Of a stretch of DNA of 64,000 nt, positions 20,923-30,777 are shown one piece after another. The DNA comes from an uncultured Nitrososphaerota archaeon (GTDB lineage Archaea > Thermoproteota > Nitrososphaeria > Nitrososphaerales > CADDZS01): assembly GCA_963799845.1 (NCBI GenBank), contig CAWCYI010000004.1, forward strand, positions 960,001 through 1,024,000. The letters run 5' to 3'. How positions within the stretch are numbered: the stretch's first letter is position 1; each line of letters starts with the position of its first letter. The position numbers were made by a program, and so were the translations under genes. The notes beneath the pieces are model-generated. The model made no database searches. It saw only the letters and a list, made by a program, of their open reading frames with translations, and was not told where the DNA came from.

Positions 20923-21882
20923 TCAGGATAGAATTTCCTTCAGCTGAGCGGGCGAAATGTTTGCTCCGCTCGTCACTATCGCGACCTTCTTTCCTTTCAA
21001 TTTCTCCTGCGATTTGATCAGCGCAGCTAGCGGAGCTGCCCCGGCTGCTTCCACCAAGTTGTGAGTTTTCTCGATCAGCAGCAAAATGGCCCTTCGAATT
21101 TCATCGTCCGACACGAGGACGAAATCATCCAGCCGCGACCGAAGAATTTCTTGTGTGAGCTCGAAACCGACGCGGGTTGCGAGACCTTCAGCAAACGTCC
21201 CCATCTTGTCTGAAACCAGTTTTCCCTCCTTCCAGGAAAGATACGCGGCCGGCGCGGCGGATGCCTGGACGCCGATAACCTTTGACGTGGAATTCATCGC
21301 TCTTGCAACGATGCATGCTCCCGAAGCCATGCTCCCTCCACCGACTGGAAGTATGATCGCGTCTACATCTGGAAGATCCTCGAAGATCTCCAGAGAGAGC
21401 GTTGCAACTCCAGCGATCAGCTTTGGCTCGTTTGCAGAGTGGACGTATCTGATGTCATGCTGAGCAGCAGTTTTTTCTGCGTACTCCCTTGATTCGTCGA
21501 AATCTTTTCCGTACTGGACAACTTCCGCGCCGAGCCTCTTGGTCGCTTCGACCTTCAGCGGGTTCGCATTGACCGGCATGATAATCGTAGCTTTTACTCC
21601 GAAAATTCGCGAGGCATACGCAATCGATTGTGCGTGATTCCCGGTGGAAGCGCTGATCACGCCCCTTGATTTTTCGCTGTCGGACAGCTGCGAGATCAGG
21701 TTTATCCCGCCGCGGACCTTGAAGGCGTTCGTCGGGAGGTGGTTTTCATGTTTAACGTAGACCTGCGCCGACACCATATCTCCAAGGCTGTCGTACTTGA
21801 TCAGCGGAGTCCTCGGGAGATAGGCCTTGATCCTTCGCTTGGCGTCGAGAACGTCTGACAGAGACGGGATGTCTTTTGCCAA
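20923..21882 (-). CDS. Threonine/serine dehydratase (catalytic domain only)
   Basis: Motifs KHENHLPTNAFKVRGG, STGNHAQ, PVGGGS and SGAN. There is no ACT domain. Confidence 0.9.
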   Translation of the reverse strand: MAKDIPSLSDVLDAKRRIKAYLPRTPLIKYDSLGDMVSAQVYVKHENHLPTNAFKVRGGINLISQLSDSEKSRGVISASTGNHAQSIAYASRIFGVKATIIMPVNANPLKVEATKRLGAEVVQYGKDFDESREYAEKTAAQHDIRYVHSANEPKLIAGVATLSLEIFEDLPDVDAIILPVGGGSMASGACIVARAMNSTSKVIGVQASAAPAAYLSWKEGKLVSDKMGTFAEGLATRVGFELTQEILRSRLDDFVLVSDDEIRRAILLLIEKTHNLVEAAGAAPLAALIKSQEKLKGKKVAIVTSGANISPAQLKEILS

Positions 21883-21927
21883 ATCAGGAATTTCGTGTCA
21901 ATAAAGCTCCATAACTCTTTCTCGGAT

Positions 21928-23496
21928 TCAAAGCAAAGGGCTGACGTGGCGGTCGATCGGGATTTCGATCAGGGAAGATTTGCCTGATTGGATTGCGTTT
22001 TGCACGGTCGAGGTTATCTGATCGGGATCGGCGACCCGCTTGAACTCGACGCCGTATCCCTTCGCCAGCCCCTCGAAATCGATTCCGGGGATGTCGAGGC
22101 CGGGCAATCCCTCTTCGTGGAGTAGTATTGCAAATGACTTGAGGATGGCGTACTCGCTGTTATTCAGGACGATGAACGTCACGGCCGTATGATAGTTTGC
22201 GGCACTCCACAGAGATTGAATCGAGTACCGAGCTGAACCGTCTCCCACTATGCAAACCACGGGCCTCTCGATCTGCGCAATTGCCCCGCCGACCGCTGCC
22301 GGCATAGCAAACCCGAGGCCTCCATTCGCGGTATGGAAGTGGCTCTTCGATCCGGTAAGATTGAGTCTCTCATATTTTTCAGAGGTTGGAGCTTCGTCAA
22401 ACACTACTGCGTTAGAAGGGATAACTTCGGCAAGCCTCTGGTAGACGTACTCGGAAGTTGGAGGGATGGAACGGTTCGCGTGGGTAGTCTTGTGGTGCAG
22501 CGGCGGTGACCCTTCCCTCTGCTTCACCAGACTCAGCAGCTGCTTGATTCCAAGAGAAACGTCTCCGACTACGCTAGTTCCGGTGACAGCGCGAGACGCC
22601 ATCATCGGATCGTTCGTAATCTGGAACACTTTGGTTCCAACATTGACGAAAGGTCCGGGGATGTAGGGGTAGTATTCGAAAACTGGAGTGCCGATGGCCA
22701 AAACGGTATCGTAAGGTGCGAGTGTATCGCTGACCGTCTTCATCGCGGATGGGAGACGACCGTGAAAAAGTTCGTGGCCAGGCGGAAAGCTCCATCGGTA
22801 GGCAACGGGCGGAAAAAATACGTGGGATCTCAAAAGCTCGGCCAGTCTTACGAGATCAGTGTTAGAACCGGAAGCGTCAACCTGCTCTCCGGCAATTAGA
22901 GCGATCTTTCCAGCCTGTGAAAGCGCCTTTGCAATCTCCTCGATCGCGCTTTTATCCGGAGCGACCCTGTAGCTGACACTTCTTATCTCAACGGTCGGGC
23001 ACTCGTCTTCGAGCCCGTCCATCGGGATGGAGACAAAAACAGGGCCCCTCGGTTCGCTCATTGCAATGTGGTAAGCTCTCTCGATCGCTTCCGGAACATC
23101 GATAGATCTCTGCGGCTCAACGCTCCACTTTACGTAGGGTTTTACAAACTCCGTCTGCCTACCCCAGAGACGTGGTTCTGTCCGGAGCTGTCTGCGATCC
23201 TGCTGACCGGCAGTTATGATGAGCGGAGCCTGCGCATGCCAAGCGGTGATGATCGCACCCATCGCGTTTCCAGTTCCGGCCGCCGTGTGGAGATTTACAA
23301 CGGTGGGTTTGTCGCTGAGGAAAGAATACCCAACGGCCATAGCTACGGCCGAGCCTTCGTGCAATCCTAGGATGTAGCTAAAATCACCGTGGAAATTTTC
23401 GAGAAACGGCAGCTCCGTAGAACCAGGATTTCCGAAAATGACAAAAAGCCCGTGGGCCTTCAAAACCTGAAAGATCCTTTCCCTCACGCTTGCCAA
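21928..23496 (-). CDS. mdlC: ThDP-dependent decarboxylase, benzoylformate decarboxylase-like
   Basis: Motifs FGNPGSTELPFL, LHEGSAV, NLHTAAGTGNAMG, GGLGFAMPAAVG and GDGS...NNSEYAILK. Confidence 0.8.
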   Translation of the reverse strand: MASVRERIFQVLKAHGLFVIFGNPGSTELPFLENFHGDFSYILGLHEGSAVAMAVGYSFLSDKPTVVNLHTAAGTGNAMGAIITAWHAQAPLIITAGQQDRRQLRTEPRLWGRQTEFVKPYVKWSVEPQRSIDVPEAIERAYHIAMSEPRGPVFVSIPMDGLEDECPTVEIRSVSYRVAPDKSAIEEIAKALSQAGKIALIAGEQVDASGSNTDLVRLAELLRSHVFFPPVAYRWSFPPGHELFHGRLPSAMKTVSDTLAPYDTVLAIGTPVFEYYPYIPGPFVNVGTKVFQITNDPMMASRAVTGTSVVGDVSLGIKQLLSLVKQREGSPPLHHKTTHANRSIPPTSEYVYQRLAEVIPSNAVVFDEAPTSEKYERLNLTGSKSHFHTANGGLGFAMPAAVGGAIAQIERPVVCIVGDGSARYSIQSLWSAANYHTAVTFIVLNNSEYAILKSFAILLHEEGLPGLDIPGIDFEGLAKGYGVEFKRVADPDQITSTVQNAIQSGKSSLIEIPIDRHVSPLL

Positions 23497-23943
23497 GATT
23501 TTCACAATTTGTCGTTTCCAGTCTCGCGATAAAGATAGTGGTAGAATCAAATTGAACTCGGTGTTTTGAACTCTGATTGAGCGGCAGATAGCTGAAACAA
23601 GCTGTTTCAATCAAACAGGGCTTGAAACGAGCTGCTAGAAAGCAATCTGCTGAGTACATACGCGCGGATGTGGAGCTCCCCGAGGGGGGGCCCCTCCATA
23701 TTTTATCAAAGGTTTGTAGGAGGCGAGATGGCGGCGCTCGATGCTATTACAATATCGTCAATCTCACTAACCAAAGATTAGCAACGAAGACTCGGTGTTC
23801 CTTTGGCGGATCGCTAAACCAGAAATGTCGATTTCCCACCACTTCGTATGCAAATTTTGCTAGTCTTTGAGAGTTCAATAGTCGTGTGACGATGGCGAAT
23901 GGCCGATCAGATACTCGTCAATGATTTTTAGCGCGTGTTTGTT

Positions 23944-24294
23944 TCAAAAATTGGTAATGCATTCACGAAAAGATTCCAAGTCCCTAATAGAACCTCTAAC
24001 GACCTTCAAGTTATGAGATTCAATCCCTTTATTTGTATCCTCGATTACTTGCTCGAAAATTTGCTTTTGTTCGTCAGTTAGTCTTATCGTATTCTGATCT
24101 AAAACAGAAGGCTCCTTCGCGGATTGAAACAGAGACTCAAAAGTTTGCAATTTGTCCCTCACAATTTCATTAGCATTAGGAAGATCCGGGGAATTGAGTT
24201 CCTCAACATACCTCTCCTTCGTTTTCATTGCACTCACGATGTTTTCTACACTTTCGATATGAGGCTGGAATCGATTTTTTGGGTTCGATTGCAT
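23944..24294 (-). CDS. Hypothetical helical protein
   Basis: 116-aa ORF with an ATG start and a charged, helical composition. Confidence 0.5.
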   Translation of the reverse strand: MQSNPKNRFQPHIESVENIVSAMKTKERYVEELNSPDLPNANEIVRDKLQTFESLFQSAKEPSVLDQNTIRLTDEQKQIFEQVIEDTNKGIESHNLKVVRGSIRDLESFRECITNF

Positions 24295-24516
24295 TATTCT
24301 AATGAAGGCTTGGAGATCCTATAATAGATTTTAGAGTATCAACTCATAACTCCCTTTTCCAAGGAAGGCAAAATGCGCCCAGTTTTGGAAGTCAGGAATC
24401 ATAGGAGAGCCTGATACCTCCTCAAAAATTGGGACATGTTTGTCTAAGCACCGAACCTAGAAAAGCCATCGGAATGTGCTCCGCTGCTTATGCAACCATG
24501 TGCGGTCAATCCAAGA

Positions 24517-24948
24517 TTAATAGATCTCCTCCGGCGTGACCACTGCAACGTATTTCTTGATTTTACTTGAAAATGGTTTGTCCCTCGTGACAAAATACTC
24601 GACACCGGATCGCAGGGCTGTAGCGAGATGGTACGCATCGTGGACAGTGATTTTGTCTTTCAAGACATGCCGGGCGGCTTCTCGGCACATGTCCTTATCG
24701 AGCGGAACGATGGAGAGGGACTGAATATCCTCAAGCGCAGAAAGAGCTCTCTCTGCTTCGATTCCATACCCGCTGGCATTCATGTCGAGCATGATTTCGA
24801 CCATGGCCACGGCAGAGGTTACGGCATACAATTTGTCTGCCTGAATCTTTCGAAGCAAGGCGGCTGAACTTGCCTCAAAGGGCGATTCCTTGTACACGAC
24901 ATTGAGGAAAATATTCGTATCCAAGTATAAAGCGACGTTATCACTCAA
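24517..24948 (-). CDS. vapC: VapC-type PIN domain toxin
   Basis: Motifs YLDTNIF, E, HDAYHLATA and VTRD (acidic PIN residues). Confidence 0.92.
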   Translation of the reverse strand: MSDNVALYLDTNIFLNVVYKESPFEASSAALLRKIQADKLYAVTSAVAMVEIMLDMNASGYGIEAERALSALEDIQSLSIVPLDKDMCREAARHVLKDKITVHDAYHLATALRSGVEYFVTRDKPFSSKIKKYVAVVTPEEIY

Positions 24949-24951
24949 AAT

Positions 24952-25212
24952 CTAGTGGCCCTTAGAACTTACTTGGCGGTCTATTTCTTTGCGGAGCTTT
25001 CGAACGCTCGCCACAGAAGACCCCTTGCGTTGGATTCTCAATAGATTTTCTAGCCTGTTAACGGGATCTTTTTCAAGGGGCCTCAGCAGGATTCCCTCTG
25101 GAGATAGCTTTGCCTTCACCACGCTATCTTCTTTAATTCCGGCAGCATCACGCAGAGCTTTCGGAAGTATAGTGACCCCCTTCCTTCTGACCTTGAGGAC
25201 GGCTTCGTTCAA
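24952..25212 (-). CDS. vapB: AbrB/MazE-fold antitoxin
   Basis: KVRRKGVTILPKALRDAAGIKEDS...GILLRP, located immediately upstream of the PIN gene. Confidence 0.88.
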   Translation of the reverse strand: MNEAVLKVRRKGVTILPKALRDAAGIKEDSVVKAKLSPEGILLRPLEKDPVNRLENLLRIQRKGSSVASVRKLRKEIDRQVSSKGH

Positions 25213-25250
25213 ACCAGACCTGTACTGGAGGTTGAACTTTTTTAAGTTTT

Positions 25251-25267
25251 GTTAAACCTGGTTTAAC
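25251..25267. promoter_or_regulatory. Inverted repeat operator upstream of vapBC
   Basis: GTTAAACC-T-GGTTTAAC has perfect 8-bp arms and lies about 40 nt upstream of the antitoxin start. Confidence 0.65.
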
Positions 25268-25415
25268 TTATTGAAAAAGCTTCACGAGGAAAAATCGTCC
25301 CGTATAATGGGTGGTGAAATTCGGGGAAATGACAGATGAGCTACGGATCGCAAGTACAGATTAAGGAATGAATTAGGAAAACGCGTAATAGGATCATCAA
25401 CCATTATCTTAGGTT

Positions 25416-25847
25416 ATGACTCTCTTTGGGAACAAACGTAAAGCAGAAGCTACCAAACAAATACAAGAGCAATCGCCCAAGAAGCTCACGCTGAAGGATC
25501 TAGTTCCAAACGATGAAAAAATGTATCTGGCAATGCAAACCTTTCTCCTTGGAGATCCAGAAAGGCAGCTTCCGATGCTTGGTAGTACCGATTCACTGCT
25601 AGCCAAGGGCGATCAAGATAAAGCGAACGGAGAAAAATTGAGGGCGCGAATGAGCTATGAGACCGCGGCAAAAATAGAAATTTACAAGCAGAACAAGGAT
25701 GGCGCTGAAAAGTGCCTCCGGCTCGCAAAAGAGGTTACAGAGAATGAAGACCGCCGCGCGTTGCTCGAGACAATGCTCGCGAACATGGATGAAGTCCTGC
25801 GCATTTCAAAGTTGTATACTAGCTCGGCAACTCATCGGAACATGTGA
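25416..25847 (+). CDS. Hypothetical protein (helical, TPR-like)
   Basis: 143-aa ORF with an ATG start and an A/Y-rich helical pattern (ARMSYETAAKIEIY). Confidence 0.65.
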   Translation: MTLFGNKRKAEATKQIQEQSPKKLTLKDLVPNDEKMYLAMQTFLLGDPERQLPMLGSTDSLLAKGDQDKANGEKLRARMSYETAAKIEIYKQNKDGAEKCLRLAKEVTENEDRRALLETMLANMDEVLRISKLYTSSATHRNM

Positions 25848-25932
25848 CGGAAACTTTTCCCCGAGCTTTAATTGGATAGTGTAGATTATGTTGGATTCTA
25901 TCGATTGATTCCCTGAATCTACGCTTATTTTT

Positions 25933-27071
25933 CTATCGGGTTATTTTGCCGGCTTTCAGCAGTGCTCTACCATCTACAGTGACATCGGCTCCTCGAAGAA
26001 GCAGCCAAGATTTGAACTCGCCCTGGGGCTGCGTTCTTCCTGCAGTCCTGTTCGATCCTCCGAGCCATTCGTTGGAGCCAATGAAAAAGGCAACCACTCC
26101 CTGCTCCTGGTCTTCAAAGAGAGGCGAGTTGCGAATCTTCGGATTTAATCCAATAGATAGTATGCCGGGGCGATCGCGGATCTCCACCAGCCTTGATGTA
26201 CATGTCGGAAAAATACTTCTCACCGCGAACGTCAGCTGTATCTTGAAAGTCTTCCATTGTTGAATGCCCAATCCCCACCGTCGCTACGCCCCCGCGAAGG
26301 ACCATGCCTTGTCGGACGATTCGCAATGAACTTTCCTTCAGCAAACTTCTCATCAACTGCGACATCAACGACGCCAGAAGGAATGTTGCTTTCTCCAAAG
26401 CCCGCCTTTACATCTGCCTCATCAACAACGCCGTCGTCGACGAAAGCCTTTCTCCCTTTCAGGCGGAGCTCCAGCTTGGTTCCATTTCGATGAGTAATCA
26501 ACACTCGATGACCGTTTTCAAATTCTTCCGCGATCTTTCTGCCGTCTCTTACCATTTGCTGGGGGTCTATCGTACTTGCTTCAAGGAGTTCTGTGATCCA
26601 GTCAGTGTAACTGATCCCATATTCTTTTGCAAGCTCTTCTGTCGCTCGGGTGAGTTCTATCCTACACCATCGCAGTCCGGTCTCCTCTGCTGTCTTGAAC
26701 CATTTATCCTCATATGCAGTTAGTTCCTTTAACGTTGAGCTAGGAAGGTTGTGCCAGCGCGTTCTGTCTGCTGGACCCCAAAAGTAGACGTATGCATCGG
26801 TCTCCCTGAGTGTCGCCCACTCCTGGGCGCCGATCACCCCAAGACTCTTTGCACGGCCATCCTCGACGTTAGCCCAGAAAGCATTGTCGCTATCGTAAAT
26901 CGCCATCGGTATAAGACCCATCTTCCTCGCTTCGATCAAAAAGGAGTCGAGCCAGGGGAGCGCACGTGTCCATGCTTCAATAGTGACTCTCTCCCCTTTT
27001 TTGAGGGCAAGAGAATTCCGAAGTACATTTCTCGCGAGCCGTGGGGCCCATGCCTTGATGTCTATTTCCAT
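25933..27071 (-). CDS. M29-like/leucyl aminopeptidase family protein (frameshift at 26232-26237)
   Basis: Motifs LKKGERVTI, GTKLEL, DDG and NIPSG, then SIGLNP and DVTVDGRALLKAGK after one G is removed (SRYSYVRGEKYF). Confidence 0.8.
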
Positions 27072-27132
27072 CTCTACTAGAACTGCTGCAAGAAAGACCA
27101 ACTGCCAGAGATTAGTAAATCTTTAGTGCAGA

Positions 27133-27151
27133 ACGTATAACCGTTATACGT
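27133..27151. promoter_or_regulatory. Palindromic operator overlapping a TATA-like element
   Basis: ACGTATAAC-C-GTTATACGT lies 15 nt upstream of the ATG at 27166. Confidence 0.7.
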
Positions 27152-27165
27152 GCTTTGACACCAAG

Positions 27166-27345
27166 ATGCCCTTCACGACCATCAGAATAGAATGGGAAAC
27201 TCGAGACAAACTTCGTGATCTGGGTCGGAAAGGAGAAACCTACGATGAAATCATCAAGCGACTTATTGAAACCACGGAGTCGCAGCGGAGGTCATCTGAA
27301 ACGCAATCCTTCAACAGACCTTCGCGCCCGAGCGACTTTGGCTAG
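27166..27345 (+). CDS. Small ribbon-helix-helix (antitoxin-like) DNA-binding protein, 59 aa, below the ORF-track cutoff
   Basis: MPFTTIRIEWETRDKLRDLGRKGETYDEIIKRLIE fits the archaeal TTIxI...L..GETYDxxIxRLI pattern. Confidence 0.8.
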   Translation: MPFTTIRIEWETRDKLRDLGRKGETYDEIIKRLIETTESQRRSSETQSFNRPSRPSDFG

Positions 27346-27479
27346 CCAGCTTCGAAAATGTTAAATGCACGCGCGCGTGCTCACAACCTTTAAGCGACAC
27401 GTATAGTACTGTATAAGAACTATAATCGCTATACGATTTCGGACAATTGATAAATAATCGTCCACTGTTGTTCAGGAAT

Positions 27480-27944
27480 ATGCAAGCCTTAATTTCCCAC
27501 GAAGAACAGCAGAGTGTGAATAGCAATGGACCAGACACTCAATCTGCCCTAAAGAATGTCAACTCACGTAGCAAGATGACGCTGTTCGTAAGAAGTAAGA
27601 AGGTAGCTGTTGCAAGTAAGACCGTAACTATCCCTGTATACGTTAATGCTCTCTCAGGTTCAAATAAGGTCTCAAAGCGAATCACAATCTACGAGAATGT
27701 TTTGGATGAGGAACAGAAGGATGCACTCGAGAACTCTGCCGCATTAGCAAAAAGTCTCGGCATAGAACTCGAAGTCAGAGATGTTGCAACGTTCAGGATA
27801 TTTACTCGAATAATTAGCTCAATCTTTCGGGACAAGTTTGTGACACGAACTCCATCGGTTTCCTTCGCCGGAGAGGCAATTACATCATTGGTAAGCGCGA
27901 GTCATCCGATCGCCGTACCAAGAAATTATAAGGTGCCAATCTAG
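27480..27944 (+). CDS. Hypothetical protein (possible thioredoxin-like fold lacking CxxC)
   Basis: Open frame containing LAKSLGIELEVRDV...TPSVSF. The start is uncertain. Confidence 0.55.
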   Translation: MQALISHEEQQSVNSNGPDTQSALKNVNSRSKMTLFVRSKKVAVASKTVTIPVYVNALSGSNKVSKRITIYENVLDEEQKDALENSAALAKSLGIELEVRDVATFRIFTRIISSIFRDKFVTRTPSVSFAGEAITSLVSASHPIAVPRNYKVPI

Positions 27945-28264
27945 ACAAAAATGTTAGTTCTCCGCATCCTTACGATTGCAACTTTCTTCGCTGCCTCAGA
28001 GATTCGCTGATTTATGGGACAGACGATGGGTATCGCAATAGTATATTTTTCTGTATAACCTATGATGATCTCTTCTAAATTTTCAAAAGTCATCATCAAA
28101 ATCAACACGGGTATCTGCGAATTCCACTTTCGAGATATCCTCCCCGTAGGAGATATCAGTCAGGGCAAATTTTCCTACAGATCAATAACAGAGCGCAAAC
28201 TTTGTTTGCGCTGTACTTAAGACTACGGGATCAAAACAGAAAAAATTCCGTGGAAGTATTCGAG

Positions 28265-29557
28265 ATGGATTCACTATCTAAAGGAGAGTCAGGAGGCAGC
28301 GTTCTTTCAAGAGACACGAAGCTGATCCTTTCGTGGGTCCTGATTAACTCGATTCCAATCGGATACATGAACGTCGTACCTCTGGTATACCTCGTCGAGG
28401 TGGGGTATAACCCGTCTCTCATAGGCGCGATCTACGCGCTCGGGGCTGTTGCTAACACGATCGGGTACATCCCCTTTGGAATGCTCGCGGACAAGTACGG
28501 GCGAAAGGTCTTCGTCATTATCGGAGGTTTCTTGCCGTTTTTCTCGTATGCGATCTTCGGTCTGACTCTGAACGCGGACTGGCTCATCTTCGCAAGCATA
28601 CTCGGTGGCATCGGCCTAGCCGGGGGCCTGGGGGTCGCGATAAACAGTACGGCTCTACTACCTCTATTGACTGAAAAGACGACCGACAAAAACAGGACTC
28701 TACTCTTCGGGATTCTTCAGGGGTTCTGGATAATTGCGATCACGATCGGCTCTCTGCTCAGCTTTCTTCCGAGCGTCCTGATCTCGAATTTTTCCTTGAG
28801 CTCGTACCAAGCTCATTCATACGCTTATTTTGTAATGTCTGCCCTAGTTGCAGTTTCAACGATCCCCATCTTGTTTGTCAAAGAGAAGAAAATAGAGAGA
28901 ACGCCGTTTCCGCGTGGGCAGACATCCCGGATTTCAAGCAGGCTGCAAATCATTTCAGGAAGGAGGATTCTGAACTTTGTGATCGTGTTTGCATTCGCAG
29001 GCCTCGGCGTCGGCGCGATAGTTCAACTCATCCCCACCTGGTACGCATTGAGATTTGGGGCGAACGAGACTACAGCTGGACTGTGGATCGCGATTGCCGA
29101 ATTTTCCGGGATCATCGCGATCCCAATCATCCCCAGGCTGGTGAAGCGCGGCGGTACCGTACTCGCTTCCTCCTCTACGATGATAATATCCTGCGTCTTT
29201 CTGGCTCTGATGCCACTGTCCACGTTCTTCCACGAAGCTGCCGCCCTTTTTGTCATTCGGGCAATTTTTACGACGATTTCGTGGCCGATCTTGCAGTCTT
29301 ACATGATGGGAATCGTCAATGAAAAGGAGAGAGCCACCACGACGGGAATAACTTACACTGCTTGGGCGCTAATGTCGTCGATCGGGACATACATCGGGGG
29401 ATATCTCTTGGGAGCGAATTTGCTGTCATTGCCATTTGTATTCGGGGTGGGTGGTTATCTTGCGTCCGCGATTTTGCTGTATGTTTTATTCAGAAAAATA
29501 AAACCGCCGGAGGAACTGGAACTCGATCTTGGTTCGAGCGAGATAAAAACCGGATGA
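28265..29557 (+). CDS. MFS transporter
   Basis: Motif A GMLADKYGRK, about 12 TM helices and ERATTTG. Confidence 0.9.
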   Translation: MDSLSKGESGGSVLSRDTKLILSWVLINSIPIGYMNVVPLVYLVEVGYNPSLIGAIYALGAVANTIGYIPFGMLADKYGRKVFVIIGGFLPFFSYAIFGLTLNADWLIFASILGGIGLAGGLGVAINSTALLPLLTEKTTDKNRTLLFGILQGFWIIAITIGSLLSFLPSVLISNFSLSSYQAHSYAYFVMSALVAVSTIPILFVKEKKIERTPFPRGQTSRISSRLQIISGRRILNFVIVFAFAGLGVGAIVQLIPTWYALRFGANETTAGLWIAIAEFSGIIAIPIIPRLVKRGGTVLASSSTMIISCVFLALMPLSTFFHEAAALFVIRAIFTTISWPILQSYMMGIVNEKERATTTGITYTAWALMSSIGTYIGGYLLGANLLSLPFVFGVGGYLASAILLYVLFRKIKPPEELELDLGSSEIKTG

Positions 29558-29644
29558 GGTTTGAACCGGGAATGCAGGAAAACGGGAGCATCGTTATGAA
29601 TTCTTAATATCTTAATAACAGATTTCACGCCGGAGATAGGTGTC

Positions 29645-30499
29645 ATGACTGCTAACCTAAAGTTCGGTTTAACTTCCCTACATGCGGGTGTGAACAGCTA
29701 CCCAGAAAAGATGATGTGTGTAGCCCAGGCCGCCGAAAGAGCGGGTTTTGATTCCCTGTGGGCGGGTGGACATCCATTTCTTTCCGAAAAACAAACACGC
29801 ATGCCATCAGCTACGCGGATGCTAGACCCAATAGTCGCTCTTGCCTTCATCGCCGGTCAGACTCGCACAATTCGGCTTGGGACAGGAATTATCCTACTCC
29901 CGCAGTTCAATCCGCTGATTCTTGCCAAGGAACTTGCCAACCTCGATGTCGTCTCCAGCGGCCGGTTGATATTCGGAATCGGTGTGGGTTGGTCGGAACA
30001 CGAGTACGAAGTACTAGGCGTCTCGTATCACGATCGTGGGAAGCGGGCAGATGAATATCTGAAAGCGATCAAGGCAATGTGGAGCGAGGACAAACCCGCC
30101 TTCCATGGTCGCTTTGTCTCATTCGATAGCTTGCAATCATATCCCCACCCCGTGCAGCAGCCGCACCCGCCAATCGTCGTTGGTGGAAACTCACCTAGAG
30201 CCTACCGGCGCGCTATTGAACAGGGAAACGGTTGGTTCGGCTACGGGCTCAATCTGGAGGAGACAGCACGCTCAATTGCTGATATACGCGAAGCTACAAA
30301 GAACCATGCTCGTCCCAAGGGCCTAGGAGAGTTAGAAATCAGTGTCGCTCCACGCGTGCCCGTTGATAGAGCAATCGCTCAACAATTCTCTGAGCTGGGC
30401 GTTCACCGATTGATTTTGATTCCGCCGCAGAATGTGGACACGCCTGCAGTGGAACAATTCATTGAGAATGTTGGAGGTACTTTAGTTGGACGAGTATGA
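29645..30499 (+). CDS. LLM-class F420-dependent oxidoreductase
   Basis: Motifs AERAGFDSLW, IRLGTGIILLPQ, LAKELANLDVVSSGRL, GIGVGW and PVQQPHPPIVVGG. Confidence 0.9.
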   Translation: MTANLKFGLTSLHAGVNSYPEKMMCVAQAAERAGFDSLWAGGHPFLSEKQTRMPSATRMLDPIVALAFIAGQTRTIRLGTGIILLPQFNPLILAKELANLDVVSSGRLIFGIGVGWSEHEYEVLGVSYHDRGKRADEYLKAIKAMWSEDKPAFHGRFVSFDSLQSYPHPVQQPHPPIVVGGNSPRAYRRAIEQGNGWFGYGLNLEETARSIADIREATKNHARPKGLGELEISVAPRVPVDRAIAQQFSELGVHRLILIPPQNVDTPAVEQFIENVGGTLVGRV

Positions 30500-30777
30500 T
30501 TTTGTGCGATGAAACTAGAGCGATCTTAGATTGACTTACAATTAGATTCGGAACGTCTGTCTAGATTAAGCAGGAAATCACGGGTGAGATCCTATATGAT
30601 TGGATCCAAATTATTGCCCTCAGTTCATAGCCCGGCTCAGTATCGAAGCAGAAAAATCTATTCTATAGCGAGTTGCTCTGTCGAGCAAAAAAAGCGAGTA
30701 GAAACCATCAGCTGAAAAGCTTCCGACGAAACTCCTAAACGATTTGAAACTTCAATGAGAGCCTTCGTCAAAACGAA

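Noticed and set aside
23668-23701. GC-rich hairpin with a G-run as a possible origin (ORB) element or ncRNA
   Set aside because: It is a single copy with no TTCCAxxGGAAA core and no cdc6 nearby, so support is insufficient.
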